Source of the DNA: Acidobacteriota bacterium
GTDB taxonomy: Bacteria; Acidobacteriota; Blastocatellia; RBC074
DNA: 64,000 nucleotides
NCBI GenBank assembly: GCA_033763255.1
Contig: JANRKX010000046.1
Span: 166,471-230,470 of the forward strand
Direction of reading: 5' to 3'
Part shown: positions 58,677 to 64,000 of the stretch, piece after piece
Numbering within the stretch: the first letter of the stretch is position 1
Layout: each line of letters starts with the position of its first letter
Translations under genes and position numbers: made by a program
Notes under the pieces: generated by a model
Told to the model about the DNA's origin: nothing
What the model saw: the letters and a program-made list of their open reading frames with translations, nothing else
Database searches by the model: none

Positions 58677-61541
58677 TTAAGACCAGGCGCGGCCAATGAA
58701 AATAAAAGGCGCCCAGTAATAGGGGTGAGGAAATGCTTGTTTGAGTTCCAATGCCGCCGCGCGCAAGGCAGTTTGCGGTGGCAAGCCGGTTCGGAATCGT
58801 TGATAAAAAGCCGTCATCAATCTGGCTGTCACCGGGTCGCTGACTTCCCATAAGCTGACCACCAACGAACTGGCGCCGGCTGACAAAAAACCGCGAACCA
58901 ATCCCAACAATTCATCGCCTGCGTAAACATGGTTTGCGCCCGTGCTGCAACCGCTTAAGGTTACAAGCGAAGAGCGCAAGTCCAGCGCGCAAACGTCGTA
59001 AAAATTCAGCCAGGCGTCGGCCAGTTGAAACGCGGAAAACATGGGGTTGTCGTGTCGAAAGACCGCATGGCTGGCGATATGAACAATGCTTTTGCCGGAT
59101 GCATGCCAGATCAGCGATTGCGCCGACGCTTCGCTGCCTGTGAAACAACTGGCGTTGGGATAAAGCGCGCGGATTGCGTTGATCTCTTCAGTGATTTTCG
59201 GAGTGTATTCGTCCGCCGCTCCAAAGATCAGAGCGGTGTCGAGCGGGTGATTGTGCTTGGCGGCAAACAGCGTCAACAGCCGCGCGCTTGGCGCGTAACT
59301 GATTTCGTGACGGTCGAGCAGGTACGTTTGACCGTCGAACAGGGCGTGGAACGGAACGTTGTGCAGCAAATCGAAAGGAATGAAGATCAGTTTTTTTCCT
59401 TCAACCAGAGACGTGACCGGGGCAAACAGCGTTCGATGCAAATCACGCAAACAGCCATTGACGCTGCTGAGCAAGCTGGCGGCGTGAGTCGTGACGTATT
59501 TTTCGCCGTACTGAAATTTTTCGAGTTGAAGCCGCAGTTTTAACGCCTGTTCTCGAAGCTGCTGCCTGCCGCAATCGCTTTCCACGACCCGTAACCCGTT
59601 TCGGTCTATGACGAAAATTTTCAATTCCCGGTCGTCGGAGTAATACTCAATGATGGTTTCATCCTCGCCCAGAGCCTCACTAAGCTCTTCCACCGTTACG
59701 CCCGTAGCTGCGTTCAGCAAGACGAAATGTGGGTCGTGAATTTGAATTTGGCGCAACACGTCGGCCAGAGCATGTTCGCGCGAATCAATTTCCCGCCAGA
59801 TGTCAGCTTCGACAGTCAGCCGCCTGCTTTGGTTTGGCGATTCGTGCTGACCGGCCTTGCTATAAAACCAGTTCAACTCTTCGCGGATTTGTTGCCAATG
59901 ATGAATCAAATCATCGGGAATGCCTTCGTTGTTTGCGGGTACGGTTTCTAATTGGTTGACCAGCAGGTCAACCAATGTGCGTGCCTTGCAACTTTCCAGG
60001 TAAAAGAATGCCTCTGCTTGTCGCGTCGAATCCTGGTCGTCCAGGCACAGACGGATCAGTTTTTCGTAAACCCGCAAATTATCTTTGAAAAAGGCGCTGC
60101 GATATTCGTCCACGCGGATGCCGCTGCGAATTCGTTCGATATGGGTGACTGCCAGAGCATACTGCTCGTGAGCCTGCGTCACCTTGCCGTCATCAACTAA
60201 CACATCGCCCAACAATTCATGCGCCTGTGACTTCAGTCCGGGAGCTTCGAGCGATCTGCAATTTTCCATCGCGGCTTCCGCCAGTTCTTGCGCCTGGTTT
60301 CGTTTGCCCTGCAACAATAACGCTCTGGCTGCGATCAACTGGGCGTAACCGGTTTTGGCTTTAAGGTTTTGACGCGAAAAAAGCTCCTCAGATTCTCGCG
60401 CCATCGAAAGTGCGGCGGCGAACTGGCCGTTTTTCAACAAAACGTCTGCCAGGTAAATGCGGGCCAACCCTTTGTAAACTTCATTGCCTTCTGCGGCGAA
60501 TTCGTCGTGAGCTTCGCGCAGGATTCGTTCGGCCTGATCGAACTTTTCCTGTTTCAAACTGGACAGTCCAAGAAAAGTTAAGGCCTTTGCCGATTCAAAT
60601 CGCATGCCCAGTTGATGGAATTGATTGTGCGCCTGCTGTGCCAGGGCAGCGGCTTCATTTGTGACGTGTAGTTGCAGATGGATTTCCGCCAAATCCAAAT
60701 CGCACAGCGCGGCTCCCGGTTGATCGCCAAGCCGCAAAAACTCTGCGCGCACTTCGTGCAGTATGCGTATGGCCTGGTGAAATTCGCCGGTCTGAAAACG
60801 CAAATACCCCAGCGCGTACCGCGCCGAAGCGGCGAAGCTTTCTATGCCTTGTTCTTGAAACAGATCAAGTGCTTGTTGGTAAAGTTCGCGCGCGCGGCGA
60901 AAATCGTCCAGACAGGAATGAATGTTGGCTGCGTTGTAAGCGGCGGTTGCCAGTGCTCGTTGATCGTCAAGCGCGGCAAAGCTTTTCTGCGCTCGTTCGT
61001 AACAATTCAGCGCCTCTTGATACCGATCCAGCCGGTGATAAATGTTCCCGACATTGCTTTCCAGTTGAGCAGCCAGCAGTTTCTCGTCGTGTTGTGAAAA
61101 GATTTCTCGCGCTTCATCGGCCAGCTTTAACGCATGGTCGTAATCGCCCTGATACATCAGCGTGTCAATCAGAGCGCGCGTCACTCGCGCGGCTTCAACC
61201 GGTTTGTCGTTGGTTTGATAAATCTTCCGGGCTTGTTGGTAAGATTCGGTTGCTGCGACGTATTGGCCAAGCACATGCTGCGCTTGCGCTTTGGCTCGCA
61301 CGCCGAGCGCCTGCGCCAGCGGATCAGCAGATTGAAGTGACAATCTGTAAGTCATTTCGGCGCGCTCGAAAGCCTGTTGAGCGTCGGTGCGAAGACAGGA
61401 GTCCACTTCTTTCTTGAGCGATTCGATCATCTCAAAGGTGACATTGTCGTTGCCTGAAATCGAGTCGCTGTTACCAGTCAATTCCATTTTAGATTCCGGT
61501 GAGTGGGGGTAAGAATGCACGGGGCTTAGCGTGTGCGCCAT
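58677..61541 (-). CDS. TPR-repeat protein with C-terminal CHAT (caspase-like) domain
   Basis: More than 12 TPR-like helical repeats. The C-terminal CHAT has His/Cys dyad regions (VHIASHAVF...; LVTLSGCSTGAN). The start is uncertain (MAHT at ~61541 or MELTG at ~61487), and the track ORF overlaps the upstream gene. Confidence 0.8.
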   Translation of the reverse strand: MAHTLSPVHSYPHSPESKMELTGNSDSISGNDNVTFEMIESLKKEVDSCLRTDAQQAFERAEMTYRLSLQSADPLAQALGVRAKAQAQHVLGQYVAATESYQQARKIYQTNDKPVEAARVTRALIDTLMYQGDYDHALKLADEAREIFSQHDEKLLAAQLESNVGNIYHRLDRYQEALNCYERAQKSFAALDDQRALATAAYNAANIHSCLDDFRRARELYQQALDLFQEQGIESFAASARYALGYLRFQTGEFHQAIRILHEVRAEFLRLGDQPGAALCDLDLAEIHLQLHVTNEAAALAQQAHNQFHQLGMRFESAKALTFLGLSSLKQEKFDQAERILREAHDEFAAEGNEVYKGLARIYLADVLLKNGQFAAALSMARESEELFSRQNLKAKTGYAQLIAARALLLQGKRNQAQELAEAAMENCRSLEAPGLKSQAHELLGDVLVDDGKVTQAHEQYALAVTHIERIRSGIRVDEYRSAFFKDNLRVYEKLIRLCLDDQDSTRQAEAFFYLESCKARTLVDLLVNQLETVPANNEGIPDDLIHHWQQIREELNWFYSKAGQHESPNQSRRLTVEADIWREIDSREHALADVLRQIQIHDPHFVLLNAATGVTVEELSEALGEDETIIEYYSDDRELKIFVIDRNGLRVVESDCGRQQLREQALKLRLQLEKFQYGEKYVTTHAASLLSSVNGCLRDLHRTLFAPVTSLVEGKKLIFIPFDLLHNVPFHALFDGQTYLLDRHEISYAPSARLLTLFAAKHNHPLDTALIFGAADEYTPKITEEINAIRALYPNASCFTGSEASAQSLIWHASGKSIVHIASHAVFRHDNPMFSAFQLADAWLNFYDVCALDLRSSLVTLSGCSTGANHVYAGDELLGLVRGFLSAGASSLVVSLWEVSDPVTARLMTAFYQRFRTGLPPQTALRAAALELKQAFPHPYYWAPFIFIGRAWS

Positions 61542-61690
61542 CGAAACTGCAGCGCCCAGATCGAAAATCCGAATCCCCCAAAACGGAAATTCAGTCTGCC
61601 AAAAACGTCCCACCCTCCAAAAAGAAAGATTGCCCTTCTTTTCAAGGATCGCTTTTGCTTTGCGGCTCTGCGCATCTTTGGCGCACAACG

Positions 61691-62335
61691 CTAAGGTGTC
61701 CGCGAAATGCCGACCTGATTGATGAATATCTCGCCTTCGGGCACTTCGATTTTCAGGTCGAAAACTCCGGCAGGCACTTGCGCGAAGACGAACATTCCAT
61801 CCGTGTCGGCTCGGCTGCTCATAATTTCCTGTTCGTCTTTCAGTAATCGAACCGTGAATTTATCCAAAAGCGCAATTGGTTTTTGTTCCGGCAATACCTG
61901 TCCGACCATTTCATCTAATGCGTTGCGTTTGGCTCGTTCGAATCTAAGGTCAATATCGTAACCATCCACGTGATAAAGCAGTCGGCGCGGACCGGCAATT
62001 TCAGCTCCGGCCAGTTCTGATCGCACGCCGACCAAACGTCCCTGAGTCAGACTGTCGAACGTCAGTTCGGCAATCAGTCGGCGCAAACGTGATGGTTGCG
62101 GAGCGAAGTCGGCGGATTGCACTTTGAACTGAGCGACCAGCCATTGAATCAATTCTTCCGGCGCGTCAAAAGATTCGTCTTCGGTTTTCAAACGTGCGAT
62201 TTCCGACAGCCATTGCTGATTATCACGGCAATGGGGGCAGCCGGTCGATAAATGCGCCGCGATTTCGGTGCTTTCGGGATCAGAAGTGCGATGGCGCATT
62301 GTTGCGAACAAACTGGATAAATCCGGGCAATTCAT
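61691..62335 (-). CDS. Putative anti-sigma factor (zf-HC2 zinc finger) with C-terminal CarboxypepD_reg-like domain
   Basis: MNCPDL...H...CPHC zinc-finger anti-sigma motif directly downstream of the ECF sigma gene; C-terminal beta-sandwich-like region (GMFVFAQVPAGVFDLKIE). Confidence 0.6.
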   Translation of the reverse strand: MNCPDLSSLFATMRHRTSDPESTEIAAHLSTGCPHCRDNQQWLSEIARLKTEDESFDAPEELIQWLVAQFKVQSADFAPQPSRLRRLIAELTFDSLTQGRLVGVRSELAGAEIAGPRRLLYHVDGYDIDLRFERAKRNALDEMVGQVLPEQKPIALLDKFTVRLLKDEQEIMSSRADTDGMFVFAQVPAGVFDLKIEVPEGEIFINQVGISRTP

Positions 62336-62467
62336 ACTGCCTCCTATAACAAATTCGACAAGCAAACGGTTCGGACAACAGGTTCAAAACGCTTATAAAC
62401 CTGTGTCTATTTAGATGAGACTGTTTCAGGGAGAAAAAATACCAAGCGAGGAAATTATTTTGTCGGG

Positions 62468-63049
62468 TTATTTGAATCCGAGTTGCTGGAGGATTTCTTT
62501 CAATTTGGACAGGCAACGCCCGCGCGTTGGCCCTATGCTCGCAACCGGAATGCTCATTTCCTGGCCGATCTCGGCGTAACTGGTTGAATCGCTTTCAGAA
62601 AACAGCAGCGCCAGCAACTTGCGACATTGCGGCGAAAGAAATTCTTCAGCGCGGCGAATCAGGTGTTGTTGTTGTATGGCCAAAACCTGGTCGTCTGGTT
62701 TGGAGCGGGTCGGGTCGTCCATTTCAGCGACGCGCTCCCATTCTTCTTCATCCAGCAAATCGGTTTTTCCGCCACGCTGTTTTACCTTCCAGGATTCGTG
62801 TTTGGTGACGACAATCAACCACGAACTAAGTTTGTCCTGCGATTTCAGCGTCTGCAATTTCTGGATAAGGATCAGACAAATGGATTGGAACACATCCAAG
62901 GCGTCGTCCTGTGAAAGGCCGGATTTCAATGCAACCGAGATAATCAGCCGCTGGTAGCGCCGAATCAGCGTTTCCCAGGCTTCGGCGTCTTTATCCAAAC
63001 ACTTGGCGACCAACTCCGTATCGGAAAGTTTATTGTTATCCTTCATCAA
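62468..63049 (-). CDS. RNA polymerase ECF sigma factor
   Basis: Region 2 (LIRRYQRLIISVALKSGLSQDDALDVFQ) and region 4 HTH (SYAEIGQEMSIPVASIGPTRGRCLSKLK). Confidence 0.8.
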   Translation of the reverse strand: MMKDNNKLSDTELVAKCLDKDAEAWETLIRRYQRLIISVALKSGLSQDDALDVFQSICLILIQKLQTLKSQDKLSSWLIVVTKHESWKVKQRGGKTDLLDEEEWERVAEMDDPTRSKPDDQVLAIQQQHLIRRAEEFLSPQCRKLLALLFSESDSTSYAEIGQEMSIPVASIGPTRGRCLSKLKEILQQLGFK

Positions 63050-63258
63050 GACTAAGATAGAGTCAGGTTTGCAACGAAGTCAATTTGCAAAGCAGCTTTT
63101 TGAAGGCAGGCTGAAAACATTCGTGTTGGGGATTTTGGGGGCTAACAAAGAAACCGTTGGAAGCGCGACGATGTGAGGACACAACTTCACTGTTAGCCAA
63201 CGCAAAACCTTGGCTCTATTTCAAAATAAAACTCAGCCAGTCAACTATTGCGAGAGAG

Positions 63259-63708
63259 CTAAACCTTCAAGGCTTCGTTAAGCTGATTGAGTTTGTATCG
63301 GGCAAGCGCCAGATTGGATTGCTCCCGGTTCAGAATAAGGTAAAGAAACAAATCCGGATGGGCGGTTGACAACTTGATCAGGTGATACTGGCGACCCAGC
63401 GTAATCAGTATGTCTTCGATATTGTCTCGCAAGCCCAAACTTTGCATGACCTTCATTTTGCTTCGCACAACTTCGGTGTTGCCTGCAGCGGCAATTTCCA
63501 GATTGATATTTCCATTGCCACCGGCTGTGCCCAGACACATGCCACTGTTCCAGTCCACCAGAGCGGCTCCCATCGCTCCTTCAATCTGCATCGCTTCTTC
63601 CAAACACTGGTTTACACTAGCCATATCGAATCGTTCCTTTTTTGCAAAATCGGCCCTCTCCTCTAACGAGAAATCGAAGACCTCCAAGATACTTCTTCGT
63701 GACGACAT
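63259..63708 (-). CDS. Roadblock/LC7 (MglB-like) domain protein
   Basis: GAMGAALVDWNSGMCLG...: a roadblock/LC7 fold pattern. Confidence 0.55.
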   Translation of the reverse strand: MSSRRSILEVFDFSLEERADFAKKERFDMASVNQCLEEAMQIEGAMGAALVDWNSGMCLGTAGGNGNINLEIAAAGNTEVVRSKMKVMQSLGLRDNIEDILITLGRQYHLIKLSTAHPDLFLYLILNREQSNLALARYKLNQLNEALKV

Positions 63709-64000
63709 CTCAAGACCCCATTTGTAGGCTTGGAACCTTCGCGGGAAAAGTGCTGGTTAAAGGAGTGGCGGATTGCCTCCGAAAATACATTTCAGCGAAC
63801 TTTTTTTTCCCAGGCTCAAATGCGGGCTGGCTCCGGTCAATTTGAACGGAGCCAGCGTAAAGGCAGGTTTGGATTGGGTGGGCCGTTGAGCACGAAAACG
63901 AGTTGCTTAAGGGCAGGGTTTTGGAAGGGCGGTGACAAAGTCTAGTCAGCAGATTTCCTGTTTACGGAAGACAAAGACTTTGTACAGGCGCGTTAAACAG

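Overview
This is a 64 kb high-GC (roughly 55-60%) bacterial chromosomal segment. The gene content points to Acidobacteriota: a Solibacter-type C-terminal domain, ECF sigma paired with a Ser/Thr kinase, a CSLREA N-terminal domain, and many multidomain secreted giants; this assignment is inference. The first ~29 kb is ordinary chromosome: a TonB-dependent receptor, a LacI regulator, a serpin lipoprotein, an octaheme cytochrome c, a TlpA thioredoxin, an HPS-like gene, ftsK, prfB with its programmed +1 frameshift, the methylmalonyl-CoA mutase catalytic subunit, a cytochrome c::PHM-like Cu monooxygenase fusion, an NYN/retropepsin operon, a cytoplasmic S8 protease, a response regulator, ECF sigma + STK-WD40, and a SET + PRMT-like methyltransferase operon. 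From ~29 kb to ~53 kb lies a cell-surface/secretome island. It contains a decayed junction (5'-truncated NPP gene fused to a frameshifted fragment of a repeat domain), a BON protein, a 972-aa LTD/DUF11 protein, SPFH, GntR, a 2248-aa CSLREA/beta-helix/BACON/He_PIG giant with three C-terminal ~120-aa repeats, four tandem paralogous ~350-aa secreted proteins of an unrecognised family, and an ~1860-aa DUF11-repeat giant. The DUF11 giant and the LTD protein share a ~290-aa C-terminal domain that ends in a terminal Cys. Downstream are a fused CysO(MoaD)-MoeZ-rhodanese + JAMM + CysM thiocarboxylate cysteine pathway, a 1-Cys peroxiredoxin, a secreted S8 peptidase, and an ECF sigma / anti-sigma / CHAT-TPR / roadblock cluster. 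No rRNA, tRNA, CRISPR or transposase was seen. Many long antisense ORFs in the supplied track are GC-driven artefacts.
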